DNA from: Pseudomonadota bacterium
Lineage (GTDB): Bacteria > Pseudomonadota > Gammaproteobacteria > Ga0077536
Reading direction: 5' to 3'
Length of the DNA: 64,000 bases
NCBI GenBank assembly: GCA_036130055.1
Contig: JAYYOR010000011.1
Coordinates: forward strand, 11,733 to 75,732
This document shows positions 40,409-50,783 of the stretch, one piece after another (the first letter of the stretch is position 1; each line of letters begins with the position of its first letter). Below the pieces are notes generated by a model that had not been told where the DNA came from, ran no database searches, and saw only the letters and a list, made by a program, of their open reading frames with translations. The translations under genes and the position numbers were made by a program.

Positions 40409-41335
40409 GTTTTCTCGTTGTAATTTTCCCATTACTTCAGCAATGCTGATCGTTGCCATATTTTCATTTGATTTCTTAGTTGATATTGCCAGTGGAAGAT
40501 TTCCAATTGCATGATGAAGTTTTTTGTCTGTTGGGCCGAAAAGTCCAATTACCGGGATATTGCAAGAGGACAAAACGTGCATCGGAGCAGAATCATTCGT
40601 TACAGCGAATTGTGCAAAATTCCCCAAGCAGGCGAGCTCATGAATGTTAAATGCATTAGTCGCATCTATCCCAATGTTCTTTGACATTAAACGATTGATT
40701 TCTTGATCTTCACTACCACCTATCCAAAGGGTCTTATAGCCTATTTTCTCCAATTTTTTGGCTAACTCTTTAAAAAAGGGCCACCTTTTGTCTTTTCTTC
40801 TGTGACTGCTGCCAGCATGTAAAATCACAAATTTTTGACTTCCGACTTTTTTATTTATCCATTGTTTTACTTTCTCTAGTTCAATTTTATTATAAGTTAC
40901 GACGGGCTTTTCTTTGATGTTTTTTAGTCCAACCTCCTCAAGTAAGGTTTTCATTCTATAAAAAATATGAATTTGTTTTTTCCATTTTTCAGATGGATAA
41001 ATAGTGTTTGGAAATTTGTGATTGCCTATCTTACAGTTTGCCCTAGAAAAAAAAGTGAGAGCACGAGACCTATTATTGCCTTGGAGATCGTAAATTTTGC
41101 TCCATAATGTTCTTCGGAGCTCAATTACGATTGAGAGGCTCGTTTTCAAGGTGGGGTCATTTATCGTCATCAATGATATATTTTTGTGGTTTTTAAAAAA
41201 AAAAGCATATTTTTTTCGAGTTAATATAACGATTTTATCTTGTTTATGTTTTTCCTTGATTGCTTCTATAAACGGAGTAGAGATTACCAAATCACCTAGG
41301 GCTCCAAGTTTAATAATTAGGATTTTATCTCTCAA
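40400..41335 (-). CDS. glycosyltransferase family 9 (heptosyltransferase-like)
   Basis: 311 aa. ILIIKLGALGDLVISTPF and TNDSAPMHV motifs. Its 3' end overlaps the convergent GT4 gene by 9 nt. Confidence 0.75.
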   Translation of the reverse strand: MRDKILIIKLGALGDLVISTPFIEAIKEKHKQDKIVILTRKKYAFFFKNHKNISLMTINDPTLKTSLSIVIELRRTLWSKIYDLQGNNRSRALTFFSRANCKIGNHKFPNTIYPSEKWKKQIHIFYRMKTLLEEVGLKNIKEKPVVTYNKIELEKVKQWINKKVGSQKFVILHAGSSHRRKDKRWPFFKELAKKLEKIGYKTLWIGGSEDQEINRLMSKNIGIDATNAFNIHELACLGNFAQFAVTNDSAPMHVLSSCNIPVIGLFGPTDKKLHHAIGNLPLAISTKKSNENMATISIAEVMGKLQRENLI

Positions 41336-41346
41336 TATCGGTCCCG

Positions 41347-42471
41347 TTACTTTTTAATTTCAAAAGTTTTCTGGTATAACTGAATTGTTTCATCAAGCAT
41401 GTTTTGAAGCGGGAACGGATTCTCAATCGGCACCTTTGGGGGGCTAGTTAAGAATAGTTTCACCCTCTCTACTGCTTCCTTCATATTAAATGGTTCGATT
41501 AAACCTATTGGGAACCATTTTTTTAGGATTTCACCAGTTCCTCCGTAATCATATCCTATCACAGGGGTTCCAAGACTCAGTGATTCAGCGGTAGTTCTTC
41601 CAAAGGCCTCTGGCTTGGATGTCAAGGAAAAAGTTATGCTTGATATTGACATTATTTGTCTTAGATCATGGCGATTACCTAGTAAAGTAACGTTATCAGA
41701 TAGCCCCAAGTTTGTGATTTTTTTGTTTAGAAACCTGTGGTAGTTTTTTTTATTGGCGTGGATCCCGCCAATAATGAGACCGTGAAATAATATGTCATTT
41801 TTTTTTAGATAAAAAAGTAAATCAATAAACTCGGCTTGACCCTTCCAGCTAGTGAGTCGTCCCGGCAAACTAAGAATAGGCCTATCACTCAACCACTCTT
41901 CTACTTGGCGGGTTCTATCTAGCCAACGTTTGTCAGGTTTAAATTCAGGATGGTACTTTTCAGTGTCGACACCTCTAGGTATAGTAATGATTTTTCTTGG
42001 TTCAACATTATAATTTTTAAGTATATATTTTTTGATGAAATCAGATACAGCGATTACCTTATCTCCCGATACCATGATTTTACTATAATAATTGACTGTA
42101 TAAGGCCCATGAACAGTTGTTAACCAGGAAATTTTATTAGCAGTTTTTATCATTCTTAAGGCGAAACTACTGATCCACGCCGGTAGTCTGGAACGTGCAT
42201 GAATAATGTCTACTCTTTTCGTGATAAAAATTTGAGAAAGCTCTTTTACTAACAAAAGAGTCGATAGATTTTTTTCTCCAATATTTAATTTTATATGCTC
42301 AATACCTGAGTCTTTTATTTCTGACTCAAGCTCTCCTCCGCCGGATATAATGATTGGTCGGAAACCTTTTTTGATCATTTCCTTGGATATATCAATTGCC
42401 CCACGCTCAACACCTCCAGTAGTCAAGGCGGGTAAAACTTGGGCAACGGTTATTTTATTTCTCGAATTCAT
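41347..42471 (-). CDS. glycosyltransferase family 4
   Basis: 374 aa. TTGGVERGAIDISKEM N-terminus and a PEAFGRTTAESLSLGTPVIG EX7E-type motif. Confidence 0.75.
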   Translation of the reverse strand: MNSRNKITVAQVLPALTTGGVERGAIDISKEMIKKGFRPIIISGGGELESEIKDSGIEHIKLNIGEKNLSTLLLVKELSQIFITKRVDIIHARSRLPAWISSFALRMIKTANKISWLTTVHGPYTVNYYSKIMVSGDKVIAVSDFIKKYILKNYNVEPRKIITIPRGVDTEKYHPEFKPDKRWLDRTRQVEEWLSDRPILSLPGRLTSWKGQAEFIDLLFYLKKNDILFHGLIIGGIHANKKNYHRFLNKKITNLGLSDNVTLLGNRHDLRQIMSISSITFSLTSKPEAFGRTTAESLSLGTPVIGYDYGGTGEILKKWFPIGLIEPFNMKEAVERVKLFLTSPPKVPIENPFPLQNMLDETIQLYQKTFEIKK

Positions 42472-43366
42472 CTGGAAAGATAGTTTTAATCTTGTTTGCT
42501 ACAATTTCTGATTCACAGATTTGATATTGTAACAGTACGGAGTCTTTTACTTTTTTTGGTTTCAAATCAGTTTCTTTAATTAGTTTCTGAACATGTTTGA
42601 CAAGTTTGCTATTTGTTTTTGGTGGTAGCTTTATGATTCCAACTTTTGCGCCCACAGTTAAGGACTCATAAATCATGGCTAGGCTATCACAGGTGATCCA
42701 AACATATTCAGCTTGTTGTAACTTCTCGTCTATCAATTCGGAGCTAGTAGTTTCGTTATCAAAAAATTTCACGGAATTCGAACTCAATTCGTTTAGTAAT
42801 TTTTTCATTTTTGAAGAACTTCTTCTAGAACTAGCAACTGACCAATCAATTGATGGTGAATTTTTAATTATCTTGATGATCGATTGAAAGACATTTTGTT
42901 CGGTAAAATAAAAATGCTTTGATGAACCTCCTACTAAGATTAGTCCGCCGTTTTTTTTGTTATTTTTAATTTTGTGTGGGTTCAGAGGACCTTGAGTTTG
43001 AATAACGTTAAAACCTGTTTTTTCGTCGTGTTTTGGAATTATACACAAATCAAAAAGTGAAATAGGAAGAGTAGGCTTCATTATACATATAGTCTTTGCT
43101 CCGAATAGTTTGCCTAGAATGAGCAAAACAAAATGAGTTTTGTGTCCAGCCCCAATTATAAAATTAGGTCTTCCTTCAACAATAATTTTTTCTAGATAGA
43201 TTCGCCTCAGAGATTTGAAAAGCCCCCCATTGAGCTTATGTAACTTTATTTCTTTTTTTTTGTGAATGCTAGTTAGGGCATTTGAAAGCCCCAAGGTTTG
43301 ACGCTCGTGACCCGGTTTTCCGTCTGAAACTTGCCAAATCACGAAATTCTTTGAACTATTTACCAA
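42455..43366 (-). CDS. ELM1/GtrOC1-family putative glycosyltransferase
   Basis: 303 aa. The N-terminal VIWQVSDGKPGHERQTLGLSNAL resembles the characteristic ELM1-family (Mito_fiss_Elm1) start. Co-directional with, and overlapping, the GT4 gene. Confidence 0.6.
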   Translation of the reverse strand: MVNSSKNFVIWQVSDGKPGHERQTLGLSNALTSIHKKKEIKLHKLNGGLFKSLRRIYLEKIIVEGRPNFIIGAGHKTHFVLLILGKLFGAKTICIMKPTLPISLFDLCIIPKHDEKTGFNVIQTQGPLNPHKIKNNKKNGGLILVGGSSKHFYFTEQNVFQSIIKIIKNSPSIDWSVASSRRSSSKMKKLLNELSSNSVKFFDNETTSSELIDEKLQQAEYVWITCDSLAMIYESLTVGAKVGIIKLPPKTNSKLVKHVQKLIKETDLKPKKVKDSVLLQYQICESEIVANKIKTIFPDEFEK

Positions 43367-43375
43367 TATTTCGAA

Positions 43376-44299
43376 TTAGGACACAAAGGTAAGCCAGTCC
43401 TCTCCATAAGTGTTGACCCCTGTTACCGCGTCTAAGTATGCTGTTTGAAGATTGGAGGTGATTTCTCCTATGCTTCCTCTCCCAATTTGCCTCCCATCTA
43501 ACTCTCTAATGGGTGTTACTTCTGCTGCTGTCCCCGTAAAAAAAGCTTCATCTGAGATGTATACTTCGTCCCTTGTAATTTTTTTCTCTGAGATTTTAAT
43601 GCCGAGTTTTTTTGCGAGTATAATGATAGTTTCTCTTGTAATGCCCTCCAACGCCGAGGTAAGTACAGGCGTATATAGCTCACCGTTCTTTACGATAAAA
43701 ATATTTTCTCCTGTACCTTCAGCAACCATCCCTTCTGCATCCAGAAGAAGAGCTTCATCATAACCATCTCTTGCAACTTCCTGGAGTGCCATCACTGAAT
43801 TAATGTATCCACCGGTGGCTTTTGCCCGGCACATTACACTATTTACCATATGTCTTGTGAACGATGATGTTTTGACTGATATCCCTTTAGAGAGAGCTTC
43901 ATCTCCCAGGTATGCGCCCCAGGTCCAGGATGCAATAGAAACATGAACAGAAAGATTTGTAGCATGAAGGCCCATTCCCTCCGATCCGTAAAAAACTAGA
44001 GGTCTAATATAAGCCGACTTCAGCTTGTTACTTTTCACAGATTGAATGGAGGCTTTTTCTATTTCTTCAGGACTAAATGGAATACTCATTCCTAGAATGT
44101 GTGCAGTTGAAAAAAGTCGCTGGACATGTTCCTTCAGTCTAAAAATTGCCGTACCTTTTTTTGTCTCGTAAGCTCTCATTCCCTCGAAGGCTGCCACACC
44201 ATAATGTAAAGAATGAGTAAGTATATGAATATTTGCATCTCTCCATGGAACTTCTTTTCCATCCATCCAAATATATCCATCTCGATCAGCATAACTCAT
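43376..44299 (-). CDS. ilvE: branched-chain amino acid aminotransferase
   Basis: 307 aa. Fold-type IV PLP enzyme with FEGMRAY, EGTGENIF and FFTGTAAEVTPI. Confidence 0.92.
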   Translation of the reverse strand: MSYADRDGYIWMDGKEVPWRDANIHILTHSLHYGVAAFEGMRAYETKKGTAIFRLKEHVQRLFSTAHILGMSIPFSPEEIEKASIQSVKSNKLKSAYIRPLVFYGSEGMGLHATNLSVHVSIASWTWGAYLGDEALSKGISVKTSSFTRHMVNSVMCRAKATGGYINSVMALQEVARDGYDEALLLDAEGMVAEGTGENIFIVKNGELYTPVLTSALEGITRETIIILAKKLGIKISEKKITRDEVYISDEAFFTGTAAEVTPIRELDGRQIGRGSIGEITSNLQTAYLDAVTGVNTYGEDWLTFVS

Positions 44300-44390
44300 T
44301 TCTGTTCTCCTACCTTATAGAAAATCCCTGGTATAGTTGATTTTGGTACGGTCTAGTTTATCAAAAAGCTAGTGTAAACATTAATTTTTT

Positions 44391-44789
44391 TTATCCTTCA
44401 TTTTTATATTCGCCTTCAATTGTAGTGCCGTCGGCTTTTTTTTGTTCGACTTTATAAGAATCACTTTTTTTTGTAATCGTTGCATAAAACATTAAAATCA
44501 ACCCAATTAGATCAGAGAAGAGTCCAGGAATGAGAAGTAAAACACCAGAAATAAAGTACATCAATGATCTAAGCATCTGATTTTGACCATCTAAATCTGG
44601 ATTTAAGACAAGTTCAATTGCCGCCAACGCTTTAAATTTAGCGAGAGACAAACTGTAAAAACCAATTATCCCTGAAACTAGTATAATAATTATAATTACA
44701 GAAAACGATAGAAAATTACTTGCAAAAATAAATACGAAAATTTCAATAATCGGCAAAAAAAGAGCTAAGGCAAGAATTCTATGGAGCAT
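44391..44789 (-). CDS. fxsA: FxsA-family membrane protein
   Basis: 132 aa. The N-terminal PIIEIFVFI motif, TM helices and the LLLIPGLFSDLIGL motif are typical of FxsA. Confidence 0.7.
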   Translation of the reverse strand: MLHRILALALFLPIIEIFVFIFASNFLSFSVIIIIILVSGIIGFYSLSLAKFKALAAIELVLNPDLDGQNQMLRSLMYFISGVLLLIPGLFSDLIGLILMFYATITKKSDSYKVEQKKADGTTIEGEYKNEG

Positions 44790-44833
44790 TTTGTACTCGT
44801 GTCAATAAAATAAAATTATGGTTAATATTAAAG

Positions 44834-45166
44834 ATGATTGCTACCCCTCCATCAAAAATAATTGTAGTTTTTACTAGTTGCCCCAGTGAGCTATCCGCTA
44901 TTACTTTATCTGAAAATATCATTGAAAACTCTTTGGCTGCTTGTGTCAAAGTCATCCCTAACGAAACCTCCGTTTATCTTTGGGAAGGTGAAATTGTTAA
45001 GGAATCTGAAAGTTTGATGGTTATAAAAACACTTGAATCAAAATTTGAGGAACTTGAGCACTATATATCTGAAAACCACGATTACGACATTCCCGAAATA
45101 GTAGCTCTTAGTGTTGAAAAAGCGAACCCTCGATATATAAAATGGGTAGAGAAATGCCTGTCTTGA
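44834..45166 (+). CDS. cutA: divalent-cation tolerance protein CutA
   Basis: 110 aa. LAACV...S.Y.W.G and YDIPEI motifs. Followed by dsbD as in enterobacterial cutA1-cutA2. Ends in TGA. Confidence 0.85.
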   Translation: MIATPPSKIIVVFTSCPSELSAITLSENIIENSLAACVKVIPNETSVYLWEGEIVKESESLMVIKTLESKFEELEHYISENHDYDIPEIVALSVEKANPRYIKWVEKCLS

Positions 45167-46872
45167 GGCCAGTATTTTTTATTGTGTGCATTTGTCTCTC
45201 GCTTGCTGTCAAAGCTCAGACGATTTTTGATGATAAAAAATCAGAATTTTTACCGGTTGATACTGCATTCCAAATTCAAAATCCAATTCTCAAAAATGAC
45301 ACCATAATAATTGGTTGGCTCATTGAACCTGGCTATTATCTTTACAAAGATCAACTTGTTTTCAAAAGTAGGTCAAAGAATTTTGACATTCAAACGACAA
45401 ATATTCCTGTTGGATCAACCGTAGAGGACCCGCTTTTTGGAACCGTTCAGGTTTTTGAAGATAATTTGACAGTTTTTTTAGAAATAGGTAAAGCGTCAGA
45501 CGCCGCAGACATTGAAATAGAGGTCGGATACCAAGGTTGTGCCAAGAAGGGACTTTGTTATCCACCTCAGAAGAAAAATTTTTTGATAATTAATACGGCA
45601 TCCGAAGGCTCTGACGAAAATAGTATTTACGATAATAAAAATATTTTGATGTTAGCTGGAACCTTTTTTATGTTTGGAGTTCTACTTTCTTTTACTCCGT
45701 GTGTTCTTCCAATGTTGCCTATTTTGTCTTCTGTCATATTAGGTTTGAATCGTGAGTCAGTCAGGATAAGTCCGGTTTTTTTGAGTGCAATCTACGTTGT
45801 TTCAATGGCTCTAACATATGCTATTTTCGGCGCCATAGTTGCGACGGTTGGAGAGGGCGTCCAATCTATAATAAGTCAAGAACTTATAATATTATTTTTA
45901 ATTCTATTTTTGGTCTTAATGTCAGTAATTACGTTACTGGATTTTAGCTTTTCCTCCTTAAATAAATTTAATAATAGGATGATAGAGTATTCGAAAGCCC
46001 GGTGGTCTGGTCCATTCTTGACGGCCGCCGGCATGGGGAGCATTTCGGCCTTTGTCGCCACTCCTTGTGTCACTCCACCCCTTGCTGCTGCCCTTGCCTT
46101 CATACTACAAACAAATTCAATGACACTTGGTTTTGTAACTTTATTCTTTTTAGGACTTGGTATGGGGGCACCGCTTATGATAGTGGGTAGTTCTTTCAAT
46201 TTTTTGATTCCCAAAACAGGACAATGGATGTTAGAAATAAAATTTTTATTAGCCTTTTTGCTTTTGGGAACAGCCATTTGGTTCGCAGAAAGATTAGTTT
46301 CGCAATTTCAAATCTTAATATTCTGGTCGGTCTTTACAGTTGTCTCAATAAGCTTTTTTGCTTATAGATATTTGAGGCATAATAATAATTTGGCCAGTCG
46401 GTTGGTGCCAACTTTAGCCTTTATCATTCTGCTACTAAACTATGGAATTGCTTTTTTCGACTCGAATAACGCAAAAGTTTTGAACGCACATGAAGACAGA
46501 GTATTTAAGGGTTCTCTATGGTTAACCAAGGCCAGCATAGAAGAAATAGCAGATTACGTAAAAAGTCAGGATAACAAAAACGAGTTCGTATTGATTAAAT
46601 TCTATGCAGATTGGTGTATAGAATGTAAGCATATCGAAAATAATATTTTAACGGACGAAGAAGTTATTAAAAAATTAAATCACTTCACCTTGATAAATGT
46701 AGACGTTACTGAAATGATCAAGGAACATAAAAAATTATTGAAAGAGTACTCTCTTTATGGGCCTCCAGCTTTTATAGTCTTAAAAGGAAAAAATTTAGAT
46801 TTCGTCAGAAAATCTATAGGTTCTATCAACAAGGAACAGCTTATGGATTTTTTAGAACTGGTAAAACATTAA
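45142..46872 (+). CDS. dsbD: thiol:disulfide interchange protein DsbD
   Basis: 576 aa. Periplasmic N-domain Cys pair (GCAKKGLCYPP), TM-core cysteines (FTPCVLPMLP, ATPCVTPPL) and a C-terminal thioredoxin WCIEC. The start is possibly ATG 45154. Confidence 0.9.
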   Translation: MGREMPVLRPVFFIVCICLSLAVKAQTIFDDKKSEFLPVDTAFQIQNPILKNDTIIIGWLIEPGYYLYKDQLVFKSRSKNFDIQTTNIPVGSTVEDPLFGTVQVFEDNLTVFLEIGKASDAADIEIEVGYQGCAKKGLCYPPQKKNFLIINTASEGSDENSIYDNKNILMLAGTFFMFGVLLSFTPCVLPMLPILSSVILGLNRESVRISPVFLSAIYVVSMALTYAIFGAIVATVGEGVQSIISQELIILFLILFLVLMSVITLLDFSFSSLNKFNNRMIEYSKARWSGPFLTAAGMGSISAFVATPCVTPPLAAALAFILQTNSMTLGFVTLFFLGLGMGAPLMIVGSSFNFLIPKTGQWMLEIKFLLAFLLLGTAIWFAERLVSQFQILIFWSVFTVVSISFFAYRYLRHNNNLASRLVPTLAFIILLLNYGIAFFDSNNAKVLNAHEDRVFKGSLWLTKASIEEIADYVKSQDNKNEFVLIKFYADWCIECKHIENNILTDEEVIKKLNHFTLINVDVTEMIKEHKKLLKEYSLYGPPAFIVLKGKNLDFVRKSIGSINKEQLMDFLELVKH

Positions 46873-46894
46873 TCTCTATCTCAAAGGTTGCAAT

Positions 46895-47455
46895 TTGATT
46901 AAAAAAATACTGATTACTACGATGATAGTCTCGTCATTAGTTTTAGGTTACTTTTTTGGGGAGCTTAAAAGAGCAGAGATCTCAAAAAAACCTCTTAACG
47001 CTAATGAAGTGCAGTTGACTAACAATCCAGTCGAATATGAATTTCAGACCCTTAATTCCAAAAAAACTGCATTACCCCTGCAAAACAATTTAATCAATGT
47101 AATAAATTTTTGGGCGACTTGGTGCCCCCCTTGTAAGAAAGAGATACCGGTTTTTAATGAAAAATTTCAATTAGAATTCTCAAAAGGTATCGGTGTAATT
47201 GGGGTCGCAATGGATGAAAAGGAGCAGATATTGGATTTTTTGGCCAGGCAATCCATTGATTATCCGATTTTTTTCGGCCAAGAAAGGGTTAGTGAATTGA
47301 TGGACTATTACGGCAATTCGTTTGGTGTTTTGCCCTTCACTGTGATAACTGACGAAAACGGTAAATATTTGACCAGTGTTGTCGGTGAGGTATCTGACCG
47401 CAGGCTTTCAGAAGTAATAGCAGATGCACGTATTTTAATCGAAAAGAAGCGATAA
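46895..47455 (+). CDS. TlpA/ResA-family periplasmic thiol:disulfide oxidoreductase
   Basis: 186 aa. N-terminal TM anchor and a thioredoxin motif FWATWCPPCKKEIP. TTG start with an AAGG upstream. Confidence 0.8.
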   Translation: MIKKILITTMIVSSLVLGYFFGELKRAEISKKPLNANEVQLTNNPVEYEFQTLNSKKTALPLQNNLINVINFWATWCPPCKKEIPVFNEKFQLEFSKGIGVIGVAMDEKEQILDFLARQSIDYPIFFGQERVSELMDYYGNSFGVLPFTVITDENGKYLTSVVGEVSDRRLSEVIADARILIEKKR

Positions 47456-47664
47456 GTGGTTATTAATACATAAATGAGAAAAAAATATACCAAAAATTAC
47501 GTTTTTTTGTTGCGTTCTTTTAAATTGAATAAAAAATACCCATAAAAGTAGCCAAAAAGACACTAAAATTGTCCAAAAGTGTTTAAGTTCTTTATTTTCG
47601 TTCGCAAAATATGATATCTTCTCCTATCACTTTTTGGAGAGACTAATAGAAGTGGAGAGGCTAA

Positions 47665-48111
47665 TTGAAAAAAGTCACTATGCTTAATGGGCCTAACTTA
47701 AATTTACTTGGTGTAAGGGAGCCTGATAAATATGGCAACTGCACTCTGGATGAAATAGTGTCCAATTGTTCAAAACTATCTAATAAGAATGGCTTTACTT
47801 TGAAATCGCTCCAATCAAATTCAGAAACTGAACTTATTAATTGGATTCAACTCTCCCTTGATGATGAGACAGAAGGTTTAATTATTAATCCAGGTGCTTA
47901 CGGACATACAAGCGTTGGTCTTAGAGACGCTTTTCTTGCAGTTAGTTTGCCGTTTGTCGAAATTCACATCTCTAATATTTTTTCTCGAGAGGAATTTCGT
48001 CGTCGGACTTTATTGTCCGATATTGCGATTGGAGTTGTTTCAGGGTTCGGTTCCTACTCATACACTTTAGGCTTGCAAGCTTTATTCAACCATTTGACAA
48101 AAGCGAGCTAG
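47665..48111 (+). CDS. aroQ: type II 3-dehydroquinate dehydratase
   Basis: 148 aa. [20 protein letters not shown] and EIHISNI. TTG start 4 nt after a GGAGAGG. Confidence 0.92.
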   Translation: MKKVTMLNGPNLNLLGVREPDKYGNCTLDEIVSNCSKLSNKNGFTLKSLQSNSETELINWIQLSLDDETEGLIINPGAYGHTSVGLRDAFLAVSLPFVEIHISNIFSREEFRRRTLLSDIAIGVVSGFGSYSYTLGLQALFNHLTKAS

Positions 48112-48127
48112 AGAGCAGGAGAATATT

Positions 48128-48574
48128 TTGGATATAAGAAAAGTAAAAAAGTTAATAGAACTAATCGAGGAATCAGAAGTCTCAGAGATAGAAATAAAAG
48201 AGGGTGAAGAATCCGTTAGAGTAACGAGAGGTACTGTATCTCGACTAGCGGTAGACCAAGGAAAGAATATCCAAACGAATATTTCGGATAAGCCCGAGGA
48301 AATAATCTCTGATACAAAAAAGGCTTCCATTGAACAAGATGGAATAACTGTGAAATCACCAATGGTTGGAACCTTTTATGCGGCTCCATCTCCTGAGGCA
48401 CTTCCTTTTGTAAAAATCGGCCAGTCTGTCAAGGAAGGAGACCCGCTTTGTATAATAGAAGCAATGAAAACTATGAACCCTATTGAAGCTGATGTTTCGG
48501 GCAAAATTAAAGCCATTCTGGTTGATAACGGGTCTCCAGTTGAATTTGACCAACCTCTATTTGTGATTGAGTAG
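48128..48574 (+). CDS. accB: acetyl-CoA carboxylase biotin carboxyl carrier protein
   Basis: 148 aa. [17 protein letters not shown]-terminus and the biotinyl-lysine motif [12 protein letters not shown] start 7 nt after an AGGAG. Confidence 0.93.
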   Translation: MDIRKVKKLIELIEESEVSEIEIKEGEESVRVTRGTVSRLAVDQGKNIQTNISDKPEEIISDTKKASIEQDGITVKSPMVGTFYAAPSPEALPFVKIGQSVKEGDPLCIIEAMKTMNPIEADVSGKIKAILVDNGSPVEFDQPLFVIE

Positions 48575-48579
48575 TCAAC

Positions 48580-49926
48580 ATGTTTTCAAAAGTACTAATC
48601 GCCAATAGAGGCGAAATTGCGCTTAGAATTTTGAGAGCATGTAGGGACTTGGGTATAAAAACTGTGGCGGTGCATTCTGATGCGGACAGAAATCTCATGC
48701 ATGTTAAGCTCGCAGATGAATCAATATGCATTGGGCCTTCCTCTCCAAAAGAAAGTTATTTAAATATACCAGCAATCATCGCAGCCGCTGAGGTAGTAGA
48801 CGCGGTTGCCATACATCCCGGTTACGGATTTCTATCTGAAAATGCAGAGTTTGCAGAGAAAGTACTGAAAAGTGGTTTTGTATTTATTGGGCCGCCTCCT
48901 GAGGTTATAAAAATAATGGGTGATAAGTTATCTGCTATCTCAAGAATGCGTAAAGAGGGAATCCCATGTTTGCCAAGTTCTGATAAACCATTAGGTCTAA
49001 ATCATGAGGAATCGAGAGAGTTAGCAAGATTCATAGGGTATCCTATCATCCTAAAGGCTGCCGGCGGGGGCGGAGGTAGAGGTATGAGAGTCGTACAGAC
49101 AGAAGCTTCGTTGAAGAGCTCAATAAGTCTTACTCAACAGGAGGCTGCTGGAGCCTTTAATGATGATAGAATCTATATGGAGAAGTTTCTTCAAAACCCG
49201 AGACATATTGAATTTCAGGTTTTGACAGATAGCCACGGAAACGGAGTTCATTTTGGAGAGAGAGATTGTTCATTACAGAGAAGACATCAGAAAGTGATTG
49301 AGGAATGTCCTGCCAAGGGTATAAGCCCTAAAGTGAGAGAAAAACTGGGCAGCATGTGTGTCAGTGCAGCCAAAAATATGGGTTACATTGGCTTGGGGAC
49401 GTTCGAGTTTTTGTATGAGAATGATGAATTTTTCTTCATTGAAATGAATACTAGAGTTCAAGTCGAGCATCCGGTAACCGAGGTTGTTACAGGTGTAGAT
49501 TTGGTTAAGGAACAGCTGCGGATTGCGGCGGGTGAAAAGCTTTTAATTAAGCAGAAAGATATTTATTTTAAGGGACACGCTGTTGAATGTAGGATAAATG
49601 CTGAAGATTCGCGAACGTTTAGGCCATCTCCTGGTTTAGTTACTCACTATCACGCTGCTGCAGGTCCGGGTATCAGGGTAGATTCCCACCTCTATAACGG
49701 TTATGTTGTACCCCCTTTTTACGATTCGTTAATCGGTAAATTAATTTGTCATGCGGAAACAAGAGAAGAGGCGATACAGCGAACCGAAAATGCTTTAACG
49801 GAGTTTGTAATCGAAGGAATAAATACAAATATAAATATGCTTTCTGATTTGGTTAGTGATGCTAATTTTATTTCTGGTGAACATGACATAAATTACTTAG
49901 AAAGCAAAATCAAAAAGATAAATTAA
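48580..49926 (+). CDS. accC: acetyl-CoA carboxylase biotin carboxylase subunit
   Basis: 448 aa. [22 protein letters not shown] and [14 protein letters not shown]. Confidence 0.97.
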   Translation: MFSKVLIANRGEIALRILRACRDLGIKTVAVHSDADRNLMHVKLADESICIGPSSPKESYLNIPAIIAAAEVVDAVAIHPGYGFLSENAEFAEKVLKSGFVFIGPPPEVIKIMGDKLSAISRMRKEGIPCLPSSDKPLGLNHEESRELARFIGYPIILKAAGGGGGRGMRVVQTEASLKSSISLTQQEAAGAFNDDRIYMEKFLQNPRHIEFQVLTDSHGNGVHFGERDCSLQRRHQKVIEECPAKGISPKVREKLGSMCVSAAKNMGYIGLGTFEFLYENDEFFFIEMNTRVQVEHPVTEVVTGVDLVKEQLRIAAGEKLLIKQKDIYFKGHAVECRINAEDSRTFRPSPGLVTHYHAAAGPGIRVDSHLYNGYVVPPFYDSLIGKLICHAETREEAIQRTENALTEFVIEGINTNINMLSDLVSDANFISGEHDINYLESKIKKIN

Positions 49927-49927
49927 T

Positions 49928-50776
49928 TTGTGGAAATTATCGCTAAGAATAGATGAAAGGCAATTAAATGCTTTAGATGACTTACTTTGTTCTATAGACG
50001 CTGATTCAATTTCATATAAGTTGTTCAATAATAATTATGAGACATCTTCAAATATTGTTTTAGTATCTGCGATTTTTGATGAATCATGTTCTTTTTCAAG
50101 TATATTGGAAGATTTAACTTTACTTGTTCCTAATTCTTCGATTATAAAATATGATAAAATTTTAAATCAAAATTGGCACCTAAGGTGGAAATCTGCAATT
50201 AAACCAATAGTCTATAATTTTGGTTTGGCTATAATTCCTACCTGGTGGAACTCTAGTCCTAGAAGTGATTTCATTATTAAACTTGATCCGGGTCAAGCCT
50301 TTGGCACAGGTTCCCACGAGACTACCTATTTATGTCTTAAAGGAATCTTTGATTTGAGAGGAAGAGAAAAAGGCGTTATTTTGGACTTTGGTTGTGGCAC
50401 GGGTATTCTCGGTATTGCAGCCCATCTTATTGGCTTTAACAAAGTTTTTAATGTTGATGATGATCCAATTGCATTGGAAATAGCCGAAAAAAATAGAATA
50501 ATTAATAAGATAAATAAAGAAAATTTTCATGTTCTACCCCCTAAAGATTTTGAAGAGCATTTTTTTGATGTGATAGTGGCAAATATTTGCTTAAATACTT
50601 TACTTGACTCTAGAATGCTTTTTGCTCGATGGATTCGACCTGGAGGACTTATCCTACTATCAGGTATTTTGAATAGCCAAGTGCAAGATCTGCTTTCTGA
50701 GTATGGCTCGCCATTTAATTTAGTTTCAATAAAAAAGATGAATGATTGGTCCTTAGTAATTCTAGAGGGTAAGTAA
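49928..50776 (+). CDS. prmA: ribosomal protein L11 methyltransferase
   Basis: 282 aa. DPGQAFGTGSHETT and DFGCGTGILGIAA, in the accC-prmA-dusB-fis synteny. TTG start. Confidence 0.85.
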   Translation: MWKLSLRIDERQLNALDDLLCSIDADSISYKLFNNNYETSSNIVLVSAIFDESCSFSSILEDLTLLVPNSSIIKYDKILNQNWHLRWKSAIKPIVYNFGLAIIPTWWNSSPRSDFIIKLDPGQAFGTGSHETTYLCLKGIFDLRGREKGVILDFGCGTGILGIAAHLIGFNKVFNVDDDPIALEIAEKNRIINKINKENFHVLPPKDFEEHFFDVIVANICLNTLLDSRMLFARWIRPGGLILLSGILNSQVQDLLSEYGSPFNLVSIKKMNDWSLVILEGK

Positions 50777-50783
50777 AGTTAAA

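Noticed and set aside
47456-47664. The largest intergenic gap in the window (209 nt, tlpA-like to aroQ), examined for an sRNA, small ORF or terminator
   Set aside because: It contains only a 23-codon ATG ORF of low complexity and a 5-bp stem (TCTCC...GGAGA). There is no GC-rich hairpin, U-tract or recognisable RNA-family feature. It most likely holds the aroQ-accBC promoter and leader.
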